Shown here one piece after another: positions 36,603-46,621 of a DNA stretch of 64,000 bases (the first letter of the stretch is position 1; every line of letters starts with the position of its first letter). The DNA lies in the IMG/VR virus record IMGVR_UViG_3300022872_000001, positions 1 through 64,000 of that record. The stretch is one strand, 5' to 3'. Position numbers and translations under genes: made by a program. The DNA is from a virus. The notes under the pieces are model-generated. The model saw nothing but the letters and a program-made list of their open reading frames with translations, was not told where the DNA came from and searched no databases.

Positions 36603-37135
36603 TTCGGCCCTTTGTAATTCTTTGGAATAGTTTGCGTGATTGCCAGATTCTTATTCTTATAACGCTTATCAAAGGTCACTTCCTTACCAACCCAATCAGG
36701 TTTGATGAACTTCTGATCTTCAGAATCAAGTTCAATCTCTACGATCTCCATGCCTGCCAATTTCTTGCGCATTACATCTACTTCCCAAATTTTAAAATCT
36801 TTGTCAGTTCCGTACATGACCTCAAAGCGGTGTTTATGCACAGTGTAATCCCCGCACTTTTTAAGAAGTGCTTTTGCCATCTTCAAAGGAATTTCAGGTT
36901 CCTGCTCACTACGGGCAAACTTCATACCTTCAATAGGTAACTTCAAACCTAGGTACGCCGTTTTCTCACCGATTGGTTTTAGAGTAACCTTATCCACCCT
37001 TTGCTCGATGCGAACACGTAATGTCCCGCCACCATTTGTGTAAAGGTACCCTTGTTTAATTTTGTAGACAAGCAGAACCTTGTCTATAGTTGGTTTCTTT
37101 TTAAGGAGAAACTTACGTTCAATCTCAATCGGCAT
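36599..37135 (-). CDS. CYTH-domain protein (triphosphate tunnel metalloenzyme)
   Basis: EIERKFL, IKQGYL, LRVRI, WEVD, EIEL...PDWVGKEVT.D.RY.N. Confidence 0.9.
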   Translation of the reverse strand: MPIEIERKFLLKKKPTIDKVLLVYKIKQGYLYTNGGGTLRVRIEQRVDKVTLKPIGEKTAYLGLKLPIEGMKFARSEQEPEIPLKMAKALLKKCGDYTVHKHRFEVMYGTDKDFKIWEVDVMRKKLAGMEIVEIELDSEDQKFIKPDWVGKEVTFDKRYKNKNLAITQTIPKNYKGPK

Positions 37136-37394
37136 TCTTCGTCCTTTCTTTCTTCTTACGTTTATTGAGGCACGACCTACGAACTGTGAAATAGTAGTGC
37201 ACACAGGACATGATGACCCAGTACTTATTCCACGAATTCAGCTTTGATATTGGGAGGCCCATAAGCCTCTTATTTGAAAGTATAACATAGAACTGGAAAT
37301 GCGTTACATATCTCAATAACTTGAAAATCTTCTTAGCACATTTACGGATTACGTATAACCCAAACAGTATCGGGTGAAGCCATAGCATAGTCAA
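37125..37394 (-). CDS. hypothetical protein
   Basis: 89-aa ORF filling the gap. Confidence 0.35.
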   Translation of the reverse strand: MTMLWLHPILFGLYVIRKCAKKIFKLLRYVTHFQFYVILSNKRLMGLPISKLNSWNKYWVIMSCVHYYFTVRRSCLNKRKKKERTKNAD

Positions 37395-37843
37395 TAGAAC
37401 GAGGTTGGATTAAACAAGTCTTCCAGATTGGGAACACCTTCGATACGAATTATCGAGCGATCAATATCCTTGCGGCGGATGTATGCAGTAGCCATGACCA
37501 GGAGGTTTGGATCATTGGCAACATATACGTCAACACGACCAGGGGTAAGAATCTTATCCAGCGTGATAAAACGGGCGGTAGGACCCTTAGTACTTTGGTG
37601 AAAACCAGAATGCTGAACTTCAATGTAGTAATCAGTGATCGGACGGATGAACAACATCTTAGGACGCGCGGTATCGAAATTACCATCCGCATCCTCATGA
37701 TAGTGAACACCTGTGATCATGACCTCAACTGGAATACCAACCTCCGGTGTATCGGTGTGTTTGGGAAATACTGCAGGAATATCATTGACACGAACGTAGG
37801 AACGGGATGGATCGTTACGGTCTAGGATTGGGGTTACTTGCAT
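37391..37843 (-). CDS. hypothetical protein
   Basis: 150 aa, AAGGAG RBS. Confidence 0.65.
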   Translation of the reverse strand: MQVTPILDRNDPSRSYVRVNDIPAVFPKHTDTPEVGIPVEVMITGVHYHEDADGNFDTARPKMLFIRPITDYYIEVQHSGFHQSTKGPTARFITLDKILTPGRVDVYVANDPNLLVMATAYIRRKDIDRSIIRIEGVPNLEDLFNPTSFY

Positions 37844-37855
37844 ACGAATTACTCC

Positions 37856-38098
37856 TTAATAAGAAAGTTCGTTACCGTGGGAATCTACGTGGGCCTCTTC
37901 CGCCATTAGACTCAACTTCTTCTGGGCGAGGTGTGAACGTTCCTGGTAGAGACCAGTCATCAACGTGTCCTCAGGATACTTATCCTTAACGTGTTGTAGA
38001 TTCATTGCGGCGGCAAGAAAGCTGCCGCGGTGCTTATGCAAATTACGGCGCTTACGTTCGATTGCTTCTTCCTGCTTTTGATATTTTGACTTAGGCAT
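37856..38098 (-). CDS. hypothetical basic protein
   Basis: Start refined to MPKSK. Confidence 0.55.
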   Translation of the reverse strand: MPKSKYQKQEEAIERKRRNLHKHRGSFLAAAMNLQHVKDKYPEDTLMTGLYQERSHLAQKKLSLMAEEAHVDSHGNELSY

Positions 38099-38224
38099 TT
38101 TAGTCCCGGTGTAAGGAGGGTTTCTGGAGAAGACGCTCACAAAAGTCATAACGAAGCATAACATTCCAACGAATAAGCCAGCGGTACTTGGTAGTACGTT
38201 GCGCATATTTGTTGTTCGTATGTT

Positions 38225-38503
38225 TCAGCATTCGGCGAATCCATTTGTTTGGACGCTTACGTGAGGTACGCTCAATCTTTTTTCAGCATATTTGCTCCGT
38301 GCGTATTTTGCCTTACCTTGCTGAACGATGATAGCCAGCTTATACCCAACGAAGGCGTGTCGAGTATCTGCATTTTTGTACTGAATAAGAGGCTCAGGCC
38401 AAGGTAACCGGGTGAAGTCATAAAAGTTTGGATAGAGTGCCTCTAACTCTGTTTCAAAATCGATTTGAATCTGGGTCTTTGGTGGAAGTTTAATAACTGT
38501 CAT
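38225..38503 (-). CDS. hypothetical protein
   Basis: 92 aa, AGGAG RBS. Confidence 0.6.
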   Translation of the reverse strand: MTVIKLPPKTQIQIDFETELEALYPNFYDFTRLPWPEPLIQYKNADTRHAFVGYKLAIIVQQGKAKYARSKYAEKRLSVPHVSVQTNGFAEC

Positions 38504-38512
38504 GCCGTTCTC

Positions 38513-39031
38513 CTAATATTCCAACATCATAAATTTGTAATCATTGACACTCGCGGCTTCCACGAATGCCGCATTCAATGCTGACAAACTATCTGGATTG
38601 ATTCCATGCAAGCGTAGAATCATAATCACTTGTGGCACCATTGCATGCCAGCGCAGTTGCACGCCAGATTGCTTATCGTCAGAGATAAAGGTATAAACAT
38701 CCTCCAACCGCCCACGTACCTCACCTTCGATCTGTGTCACCTGAGTAAGGTTAAAACGCTGCTTGGTTGTTTTCAGGTTAGCACGTAATAGATACGTTAC
38801 CAGATCGTTTGTATCGCGCAGGTAAGGGGAACGGTAATATATTCCATTCGATTCCTTTATGACACGCAAACGATTCGGTCTTTTGTAGAATTCCACCGTG
38901 ACCGTTTTCGTCATGTGCAGCACTGCGGGATTCACACCATCCGAACGTTTCGTATAGGCGACGATGAATCCCAGACGTTCCACAATGGTTCGAATATCTC
39001 CCGTCTTATATTTCAGATTGTTGATTATCAT
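38513..39031 (-). CDS. hypothetical protein
   Basis: 172 aa. Confidence 0.6.
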   Translation of the reverse strand: MIINNLKYKTGDIRTIVERLGFIVAYTKRSDGVNPAVLHMTKTVTVEFYKRPNRLRVIKESNGIYYRSPYLRDTNDLVTYLLRANLKTTKQRFNLTQVTQIEGEVRGRLEDVYTFISDDKQSGVQLRWHAMVPQVIMILRLHGINPDSLSALNAAFVEAASVNDYKFMMLEY

Positions 39032-39723
39032 TATTTCACCTTACCCTTCTTCACAGCACGCAAACCAATATCCACTTCCTTATTCAAGGTATCGAACTGC
39101 GCGGTGATTATCTCTTCTCCGATTTGTTTTTCCACAAAAAGGAAAACGCCAAAACCATCTACGTTCAATTCAGCATCCCGCCAAACCTCTTGATCGTAAT
39201 TCAGAAGAGACTTGGCGATCTGATCTACGTAACCTTTCATGAACAAATGATGAACTAGTTCCTTACGGTTCGCGCAATGTTTGAAAGCATTTTGAATCCA
39301 AGTTATTTCCCGTTGGATTTCCTTATCGTACTTAGGAATACGTGTAACTTCGGTCACAACCTCCTGCTCCGGTTCAGCCATTGCGTAGGCTGGCCATTCT
39401 ACAGGGATAGATATTCCGTAGGGAGCGAAGCAGATCATGGCTTGATGACTAGAGGATTGGGGGCGTACCTCGATCAATCCTAAGCCGTCAGTGGCAAGCA
39501 GGTAACCGTAACGAAACTCCTTGGAGGAAGCGTCCTGACCCTTCTGATATTGTAAGCCAAGCGCGGTAATAAATTTATTCACTTGCCAGTTTTCAATCTG
39601 GACGAATATAACCTGTTGTTTCTTTTCATACAGCATGCGTGAACCGAGAATACCATGCTGGATAAGGTACGCTTGGAGATCGGTTAGCAGTTGCTGATCT
39701 TCCGGGGATATTGCGGCTTCCAT
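39031..39723 (-). CDS. hypothetical protein
   Basis: 230 aa, AAGGAG RBS. Confidence 0.65.
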   Translation of the reverse strand: MEAAISPEDQQLLTDLQAYLIQHGILGSRMLYEKKQQVIFVQIENWQVNKFITALGLQYQKGQDASSKEFRYGYLLATDGLGLIEVRPQSSSHQAMICFAPYGISIPVEWPAYAMAEPEQEVVTEVTRIPKYDKEIQREITWIQNAFKHCANRKELVHHLFMKGYVDQIAKSLLNYDQEVWRDAELNVDGFGVFLFVEKQIGEEIITAQFDTLNKEVDIGLRAVKKGKVK

Positions 39724-39763
39724 GAAATACTCCTTCTTAAGGATAATAAAGAACTATGGATGA

Positions 39764-40471
39764 CTAACGCCGACGATTCGCGTGGTACTCTTCGGTACCT
39801 ATAATTGCCTGCACCCAGTCAGGTAAGGTGCGCTCGAATTCCTCCGATAAGCGTTCTACGATACGGAAATGTTCCGCAGTTATTGCATTTGTACCACCCG
39901 GTGGACCTAATTCCTCTTGGGCTTTATCGAAAGCCCAATCTTGGGGTATGAATGCCCAATAAGAATCTCTACCATTATACCAATGATCAGATGCAAAAGG
40001 GTGGAGACGGTTGTAAGATTGTACCAAACCTTCACGAACATCCTTATGAAAGGAACGCAGCTCTAAGGGACGCGTCTCTCCTTCGACCTGAAGGACAGTA
40101 ACTGGGTCATTATTTCCTAAATCATTTCCGTAAGCCAGATCGGAAGGTACTGATCCGTGTAACCAGATCATATTGGCCCTTTCAGGCTGAGAAGGCGTAC
40201 CATCCGCGTTCTCCCATTGCCAAGTATCTACGGTAATAATCAAACCGGAATCACGTCGAGCAAAAACCAAAAAGCGGGTCTCATTGTGATGACTACGCCG
40301 AAGGAATTTGAATTCTCCTACTTGCTCGAAATGCAGATGATCGACAATCACCGCAATCTGTTCATCAGCCGTCTGACTATTATTGGTTTCACATTTACCG
40401 GAAGTTTGGTAAATGTCTTCATTTTCTTCAAAACCATCATAATGTTCAGAATCTGAAAAGTGGTTTGTCAT
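39764..40471 (-). CDS. hypothetical protein
   Basis: 235 aa, AAGGAG RBS. Confidence 0.65.
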   Translation of the reverse strand: MTNHFSDSEHYDGFEENEDIYQTSGKCETNNSQTADEQIAVIVDHLHFEQVGEFKFLRRSHHNETRFLVFARRDSGLIITVDTWQWENADGTPSQPERANMIWLHGSVPSDLAYGNDLGNNDPVTVLQVEGETRPLELRSFHKDVREGLVQSYNRLHPFASDHWYNGRDSYWAFIPQDWAFDKAQEELGPPGGTNAITAEHFRIVERLSEEFERTLPDWVQAIIGTEEYHANRRR

Positions 40472-40504
40472 TTTGAATTACTCCTTGAAAGGTGGGATTA
40501 CGGA

Positions 40505-40828
40505 TTAATAACGATAAGTGGTTGTGTAGAGATAAATGCGGCTGTAGCTGGGACTGTATTTGGACTTGTTCGGGTATGTGTGAATGGAAATACTGCCGTT
40601 AGGGATTTTAGGGTGCATCAAGAATGTGATTTTATGGTTAACGTCCGCATTAGCCTTTCCGACAACTTCCCAACCTGCTTTTAGGAGACGTGATTTAAAA
40701 ACACCTGCTGAAAAGAGGGGAATAATCTCAATACTATTATTGCTGGTAATTCGGGCCTTAACGGGATCAAGGTTCAGGGAAGACATGAATTGATCCACGC
40801 GATTTTGTACGTTAGTTTGCTTAGCCAT
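40505..40828 (-). CDS. hypothetical protein
   Basis: 107 aa, AAGGAG RBS, directly after the extended -10 promoter. Confidence 0.65.
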   Translation of the reverse strand: MAKQTNVQNRVDQFMSSLNLDPVKARITSNNSIEIIPLFSAGVFKSRLLKAGWEVVGKANADVNHKITFLMHPKIPNGSISIHTYPNKSKYSPSYSRIYLYTTTYRY

Positions 40829-40855
40829 GATTAACTCCTTGAAAGGAGGTTTGTG

Positions 40856-40873
40856 TACGCCTTAATTATAACA
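40856..40873 (-). promoter_or_regulatory. extended -10 promoter
   Basis: CGCGTTTTTATGTTATAATTAAGGCGTA. Confidence 0.7.
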
Positions 40874-40916
40874 TAAAAACGCGTTTAAAACCCAATTTTT
40901 CGAATATTTTATCGAA

Positions 40917-40954
40917 AAAATAACCCCTAAATACAATGACTTAGGGGTTATTTT
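40917..40954. terminator. bidirectional-type terminator hairpin
   Basis: AAAATAACCCCTAA/TTAGGGGTTATTTT. Confidence 0.65.
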
Positions 40955-40985
40955 GTGCATTTTTACAACATTTTTGAACTACGGG

Positions 40986-41708
40986 TTAATTACGCGTTTT
41001 GGCCTTAGGCGCTCCGAGTTTTTGCAGTGTGGAAGTAACGATAGTTTGAACACGCGGACTATTCGTCAGTTTTGCCTTCATGTAGTTCAATTCAGAACGG
41101 GTGTAGGAAGCTTTGTGGTTACGAACAGCGTTGGCAGCTTCAGCGTCACCCAACAAAGCGGTACGTTCGATCCACATATCAAACTGATCCGTAATACCCT
41201 TCGGTAAATCCCCGCCGCCGTCACCTTCAGTAGTCATGGTAACCAGACTGACAGGAATTTCCTGCTTCTCATCGCTATCGTCAGTATCACCAACCCCACC
41301 AACCACCTTAACGTCGGCAGTGATAGCACGCGAACCTGCCGCTTCATCAACATGGCGTTCTTCGGCTTCCAAACGGTCACGTTCGATCTGAGCATCATCT
41401 TGGGAAAGAATGCGTTCGGCATCTCGAACCGAAATGATGACAATCAGTTTCTTTTGAACCAATGCGCGGAATTCCGAAGATGCTAGCAACTGCTGGCGAG
41501 TTACTACGTCGGTGATATTTTGCGGCAACCACGTTTGGCGAATGCGCAAAGGATCTTTGTCCGCACCGTTACGTTTTGGAATGGAGAGATAGATATCGCC
41601 GTTCGCCTTAACAGCCGATTCGGTAGAACTATTCAAAACATAAATCGGCTTCGGAGAATTGCGTCCTTCTTTTTCCAATTCGGAAATGGTCATGAGTTGT
41701 GCAGCCAT
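40986..41708 (-). CDS. hypothetical protein
   Basis: Start refined to MAAQL; ~240 aa. Confidence 0.7.
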   Translation of the reverse strand: MAAQLMTISELEKEGRNSPKPIYVLNSSTESAVKANGDIYLSIPKRNGADKDPLRIRQTWLPQNITDVVTRQQLLASSEFRALVQKKLIVIISVRDAERILSQDDAQIERDRLEAEERHVDEAAGSRAITADVKVVGGVGDTDDSDEKQEIPVSLVTMTTEGDGGGDLPKGITDQFDMWIERTALLGDAEAANAVRNHKASYTRSELNYMKAKLTNSPRVQTIVTSTLQKLGAPKAKTRN

Positions 41709-41736
41709 TATTTGTTCCTTGTAGTTAAGATTTAAA

Positions 41737-42201
41737 TTAGTGCAACTCACGGCGAACCGCTTCGAGCAATTCGCTTTTTAGAGAAGCCACCGTCTCTTCA
41801 TTTGGAACATGTTCACCCACAAGAGTGGCGAGTGACTGTATGGTTAGGTTTGTATCGGTACGGTACTTACAGTAACCGGTTGATCTATGTTTCCAGAAAC
41901 AAGTGCCTTTCGGCAGTGGACATTGCGCGGTGATCAATTGTTTATTGATGACACCGCAGAATGTTCCCTGCACGTCCGCATTAGATAGCAGTAGGGCATC
42001 TGTTCTCTGTAGATCGATTATTGGGATTACACGAGGAAGGCGTGTATCTTTTTTCTTTTTTGTTTCTACAGGTTGTTTGATCTTTTCGATTCTAACAACC
42101 GTCGGGTTTATCACTTTATTTACTGCAACTGGTTTAAGTGCAACTGGTTTAAGTGCAACTGGTTTAAGTGCAACTGGCGTTTTATGCTTTTTCGGTAACA
42201 C
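41737..42201 (-). CDS. hypothetical protein with PVALK repeats and Cys cluster
   Basis: GTG start with GAGG RBS; CP...C.W.....C.Y motif. Confidence 0.65.
   Translation of the reverse strand: MLPKKHKTPVALKPVALKPVALKPVAVNKVINPTVVRIEKIKQPVETKKKKDTRLPRVIPIIDLQRTDALLLSNADVQGTFCGVINKQLITAQCPLPKGTCFWKHRSTGYCKYRTDTNLTIQSLATLVGEHVPNEETVASLKSELLEAVRRELH
42125..42177. repeat. 15-bp tandem repeat GCAACTGGTTTAAGT x3.5
   Basis: Directly visible; abuts a YAGTAAATA motif at 42117-42126. Confidence 0.85.
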
Positions 42202-43213
42202 GGTGTCCTCCCAGTAACTGTTCCCTCAAAACCTTGGCTCGATCCACAATGCGGGATTCTATGTTCTGCACCGATAACCATTTGTTGAAATGTTCCTCCG
42301 TCCGTATAACCAATTCCTCACCTGAGGTTAAATCTTCCGTAAGGATGGTTTGCAACTCGGCCTTAGTCTTAAAACCTTTAACGCTAACTATATTAGGCAT
42401 TTGGCATTCGGGCGACTCCGGATCAATATCTGAACCTTCCTCGATAATCAGCTTCACCAAATGCTTCGTATCGGTTGGTAGTTTCTTTAAATCCTTTTTT
42501 GCATGCACAATGCAGGTATACAACTTGTACTTAGGATCAAAAGGTATCGAATCGATCGAGTAGTCATCTCGATCCTTGAAGTTAATGTGGTGAAAGAATT
42601 TAGGAAGGGATTCACCGAAGTAGGTTTGATACAGAGTTCCTGAATAATAGGAATTACGGATTCTGTGGTTGGTATGCAGGTGACCGACTGCCACAACCGC
42701 CTTGGAATTGGAATGTTCCTCGTTATCGAAAACTCGTCCAGAATCCATTTTAGATCCTTGGACTTCTACGTGAGCAATATTCAAAAGCTTTTTTGAGAAA
42801 TCCTGGGAAGGCCAGGGATGAAAATGAATCTTGGTTCCATCGATCTTGATTACCTCAGGTTCGGTAATTATGTGAACGTGTGGAAAAGGATAACGCTGGA
42901 TGATCTCCAACGAATGACCTTGGCTAGAATCCTCGGCAAACTTATCGTGGTTACCTAGAATGATCCAGAATTTAAATCTCTTATTCCTATCTAGGAACTC
43001 TAGTAAGGCTAATTGCGCGTCGTAACTCATCCGAGGATTTTCGCATATATCTCCTTTGAAGAAGACATTGGAAATGCCATTCTTCTTAGCGTAACTAAGA
43101 ACCCTTTGGCACTCTGACATAACATACAAGTCAGGTTCCTCTATGTAGTTCGAAAGTCCTCCCTTACCTGAATCATCTGTGAGATGAAGATCTCCTATGC
43201 TAACTGCGTGCAT
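42182..43213 (-). CDS. SbcD/Mre11-like metallophosphoesterase nuclease
   Basis: GDLHL, GDI, GNHD, GHLH motifs. Confidence 0.85.
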   Translation of the reverse strand: MHAVSIGDLHLTDDSGKGGLSNYIEEPDLYVMSECQRVLSYAKKNGISNVFFKGDICENPRMSYDAQLALLEFLDRNKRFKFWIILGNHDKFAEDSSQGHSLEIIQRYPFPHVHIITEPEVIKIDGTKIHFHPWPSQDFSKKLLNIAHVEVQGSKMDSGRVFDNEEHSNSKAVVAVGHLHTNHRIRNSYYSGTLYQTYFGESLPKFFHHINFKDRDDYSIDSIPFDPKYKLYTCIVHAKKDLKKLPTDTKHLVKLIIEEGSDIDPESPECQMPNIVSVKGFKTKAELQTILTEDLTSGEELVIRTEEHFNKWLSVQNIESRIVDRAKVLREQLLGGHRVTEKA

Positions 43214-43836
43214 TTATAATCCTTAAGAAGCCTAATTGGTATTTAATCATTCATACTTTATTTACTAGCTAAGGATTTATAGGTACCTAGGATAGCGAAG
43301 GATTTTTGAAGACTTGAGTGCCTGTCTCAATGGTTGGAGTTAGATTCCTTTCCTTCCGACAGACATGGAATCCTAATATGGAATCCTAATATGGAATCCT
43401 AATTCAAATATCAATCCTACTGATTTTATATTTATAAAAGATTGGTTCAGCTCGAAGTGGAACGGAGAGATGTGGATCGTAAAATAGAGAGTGAGCGGAG
43501 CGATACTCTCTTTAGGAAGTTTAGGCAAACAGGCAACCCCAACCTAGGTAGCTGGTCGAGTTTATTTATCCTTAAGGAGTTTGGTTAATCCTAATCCATG
43601 GGATTGGAACCGTACTTAGTTAATACCATCTTCCGCTTCGCTACAGATGGTTAAAAGGACTCCGTCCTACCTAATAATTTTGAAAATCATGATAATTGAA
43701 AAGCTAATAATCCCTTTAAAAACCTAATCAAAACTGCGTTTTTAGGGAAATGTAATACGTCAACGCAGTTATCTATTATATGGACACTTATTACATAAAT
43801 TCATTCAAGTAAATAACGTACATAAATTCGATTTGC
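43214..43836. other. divergent intergenic region, candidate replication origin
   Basis: Strand switch; no ORF; 13-bp direct repeats, several hairpins, AT-rich flanks; adjacent to a helicase-like gene. Confidence 0.55.
43365..43403. repeat. 13-bp direct repeat ATGGAATCCTAAT x3
   Basis: Three perfect head-to-tail copies. Confidence 0.9.
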
Positions 43837-46005
43837 ATGTATCTCTTCAGGAAGAAAATCATGGAAGAAAAAGACCCTCACCGTAAACATCGCTCATATA
43901 TCAAACTTGTTGATTCTTTCCCTGGTATGGGAAAGACCGATGGTGCCATTATTACTATGAAAGAATGTGTAGAATCAAAGAAAGGTATTATTCTCTATGC
44001 AGGTCCAACTTGCAAACTTCTTAAGGAAGTTGAGAAGCGTTTATGTTCTGCGTTAGGTATAGATAAACATCCTTCGGTCATTCCCATTCATAGTAGTGCT
44101 ATGTACGGTTCCGGAGATCCTATGCATGAACGTGTGATTCATCTTATAGATGGCACTATAAAGGCTCGTTCACATTTGAAACTCGTGGAAGAAGGTTCTG
44201 TGGTTCTTATTACGCATAAGACATTTATGCAGTTACCTCGCTACCTAAAGAATAAAGAAAAAGTTACCGTTATTTTTGATGAAGCTTACAAGTGCGTTTT
44301 CGATCCAGTTGAGGTCAAACTTAAGGGTAAGGAAGTAAAAATCTTCGAAAGACATTTAGGAATACCTCGTGGTAATTCCAATGACTATTTGAAACTCGAA
44401 AAGATCTCGTCCTTGAATAAGATTCGAAAAGATTTGGCGCACCTTGAAACAAAAAAATCAGGTAAGCAGTTATTTGAGATTTTAGATTCGATACGTAAGG
44501 AGTCTTCGGAAGTGTATGTAAAAATTACAGGAGAATCCTCATCTCGTTTTGAATTTCAGGAAGTAAAAATTCCATCGACTATGTTTGATGGATGGGATTG
44601 CGTTTATTTGATGAGTGCATTTTTGAAGACCACTCAGCTTTGGGCATTACTAACACGTGGATATTTCAAGCTTGATGGGATTGTGTATAAACAAAAGATG
44701 GATAATTACGGCGATTGGGAAGTGCAGGAAAGTCGAAAGAAGCTCACACTTGATTCTCGAATGCTTTATGTGATTATGAATGACGTTACTGCTGACTTCA
44801 TTCCAAATTATGAGAAACGTCTGGAACAATTTCGTAAACGTTATGAGTCGGCAACGATCCTTGCGCTTACGGAAGGAACTATGCTATCTCGTAATCAATT
44901 GAATTCTGTACTAGTACCACAAGATACTTACGATGAGAAACAAGAAGAACTGCGTACCTTGATCAATAGTATGCGCGATAAGAAAGGTAGAGTTCTTGAT
45001 GGCAAACATCTACTACGTTTAACCCGTTCTGAATTATTCGAGTTTGCTTTCGCACCCGATAATCATCATACTATAACCAAACCAGTCCACAAAATTCTTG
45101 AGTGGTTTAACTCCTTGGATATAATCGCTCGTGATCCCTATAAATGGTACCTGAAGCATGCTGTCAATATGGCTATGCGTTGGATGGAGAAGCGCAAGTG
45201 TTTACATCTAAAACAGAAAATACCAATAGGTAAACGCTTTCATATCAATCTTGTTCCACAGAAGCCTCTTGTATTATTGAATGTGGCGGAACAAGATCGT
45301 GCAATGGCTAATAGTAAAATCATGGATCAGATTCAACTTCTACCATTTGAATGTGCAGGTATAAATGAGTTTCGAGATCATCGCGTAACCATCTTCTTGG
45401 CTGCGCTGAATGCCAGACCTTCACACCAGAATTTCTATTCCAGTATCTTACCTTGGTATAATCCGAAGCAAGACTATGCAGTAGCTTCTGCGGTGCAGGC
45501 AGTAACTCGTGGTATCTTACGCAATCATAAATCAAAGAAATCTGCATTGATTATTGTATCGGATATTGAAATGGCAATGATGTTGAAAGACCGTCTATTG
45601 GGTGCACCAACAATTGTCAAAGGTGCAGATTATGATATTCCTAATGTACGTGCTTTGGAATTTTCAGTACGCTCAATAAATGCTATTGATCGTCAAAAAT
45701 TCATTACTATCGATCCTATTAAGAAAGCGCAAAGAGCTAAGACTCAAACCAAGACAGGTAAGAAACGCTATGCCATATCTGAAGCCGACGTGCGTAAGAA
45801 TAGTCCGTACTTCGGCGAGATGAATAAAAATAATGTGCGTATGACGCGTATGAAAAAAGCTGCGGAAGTATCCATTCATACACAAGATGACAAAGCCGAA
45901 GTAATTGCACTTGAAAAACTAGTTAAATCTCTACGTCAACAACATTCCGACTGGGCTAAGCAGTATCGTAAAGAATTAAAAGCCAAACAATTCAACAGTA
46001 AATAA
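43837..46005 (+). CDS. SF2 helicase-like protein, possible origin-binding protein
   Basis: DSFPGMGKT Walker A, YAGPT motif Ia, IFDEA Walker B; 722 aa; basic C-terminal tail. Confidence 0.7.
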   Translation: MYLFRKKIMEEKDPHRKHRSYIKLVDSFPGMGKTDGAIITMKECVESKKGIILYAGPTCKLLKEVEKRLCSALGIDKHPSVIPIHSSAMYGSGDPMHERVIHLIDGTIKARSHLKLVEEGSVVLITHKTFMQLPRYLKNKEKVTVIFDEAYKCVFDPVEVKLKGKEVKIFERHLGIPRGNSNDYLKLEKISSLNKIRKDLAHLETKKSGKQLFEILDSIRKESSEVYVKITGESSSRFEFQEVKIPSTMFDGWDCVYLMSAFLKTTQLWALLTRGYFKLDGIVYKQKMDNYGDWEVQESRKKLTLDSRMLYVIMNDVTADFIPNYEKRLEQFRKRYESATILALTEGTMLSRNQLNSVLVPQDTYDEKQEELRTLINSMRDKKGRVLDGKHLLRLTRSELFEFAFAPDNHHTITKPVHKILEWFNSLDIIARDPYKWYLKHAVNMAMRWMEKRKCLHLKQKIPIGKRFHINLVPQKPLVLLNVAEQDRAMANSKIMDQIQLLPFECAGINEFRDHRVTIFLAALNARPSHQNFYSSILPWYNPKQDYAVASAVQAVTRGILRNHKSKKSALIIVSDIEMAMMLKDRLLGAPTIVKGADYDIPNVRALEFSVRSINAIDRQKFITIDPIKKAQRAKTQTKTGKKRYAISEADVRKNSPYFGEMNKNNVRMTRMKKAAEVSIHTQDDKAEVIALEKLVKSLRQQHSDWAKQYRKELKAKQFNSK

Positions 46006-46029
46006 AAGATAGCAAACAAAGGAATTAAA

Positions 46030-46260
46030 ATGACTCAAACCAACAAAGATTATCTCGCATCCAAAGCTCCGGAATGGAATTATCCTCCCTTGGATCCTCC
46101 TGCACCTAAGGGTACCAAACTGAATTTGCTCACTATAGGAGGTGTTGCGGTTCTCGGTAACTGGCAGGACGACCAAGGTTACGTTGCATGGGCTCCCTTG
46201 ATCAAACGGAATCCTATCAAGGAACAACTGCTAAAGGACATGCAGAATGCAAATGCATGA
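46030..46260 (+). CDS. conserved phage hypothetical protein
   Basis: P.G.KL.LLT.GGVAV.G.W.......WAPL; AAGGA RBS; CAGTAAATA at 45996. Confidence 0.65.
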   Translation: MTQTNKDYLASKAPEWNYPPLDPPAPKGTKLNLLTIGGVAVLGNWQDDQGYVAWAPLIKRNPIKEQLLKDMQNANA

Positions 46261-46621
46261 TACAGAGATCCAACGTGTGCGCGATTTGCCATTCAATACC
46301 AAGCACGATGATATGGTATTTGTTATTCTGGTTCATGCTTTGATTCGTAATAGCCAAATTATTTTGGTAAAGTTGAAGGGCGTTGAACGGGAAGAATTGG
46401 CTATCAAGGTAGGTAGTGAATTCTATAACCACTATACGTTGCACGGCGCAGAATACCTACCGCAGTTGAGGTACGGGAAGAGCAAGTCATATGGTCATTT
46501 AGTGGAGGCTTCACGCGTGATAGAGGTTGAATGGTTACAATCGCGTCTCGACTTCTTCGGTGCGCAGCAGGTGATCAAACTCTTCCATCAATTGAAGGAT
46601 GAAAAGGAGACAGCGTGCTAA
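46247..46621 (+). CDS. hypothetical protein
   Basis: 124 aa, overlaps neighbours. Confidence 0.6.
   Translation: MQMHDTEIQRVRDLPFNTKHDDMVFVILVHALIRNSQIILVKLKGVEREELAIKVGSEFYNHYTLHGAEYLPQLRYGKSKSYGHLVEASRVIEVEWLQSRLDFFGAQQVIKLFHQLKDEKETAC

Noticed and set aside
43365-43403. CRISPR array
   Set aside because: 13-bp repeats are head-to-tail with no spacers; no cas genes
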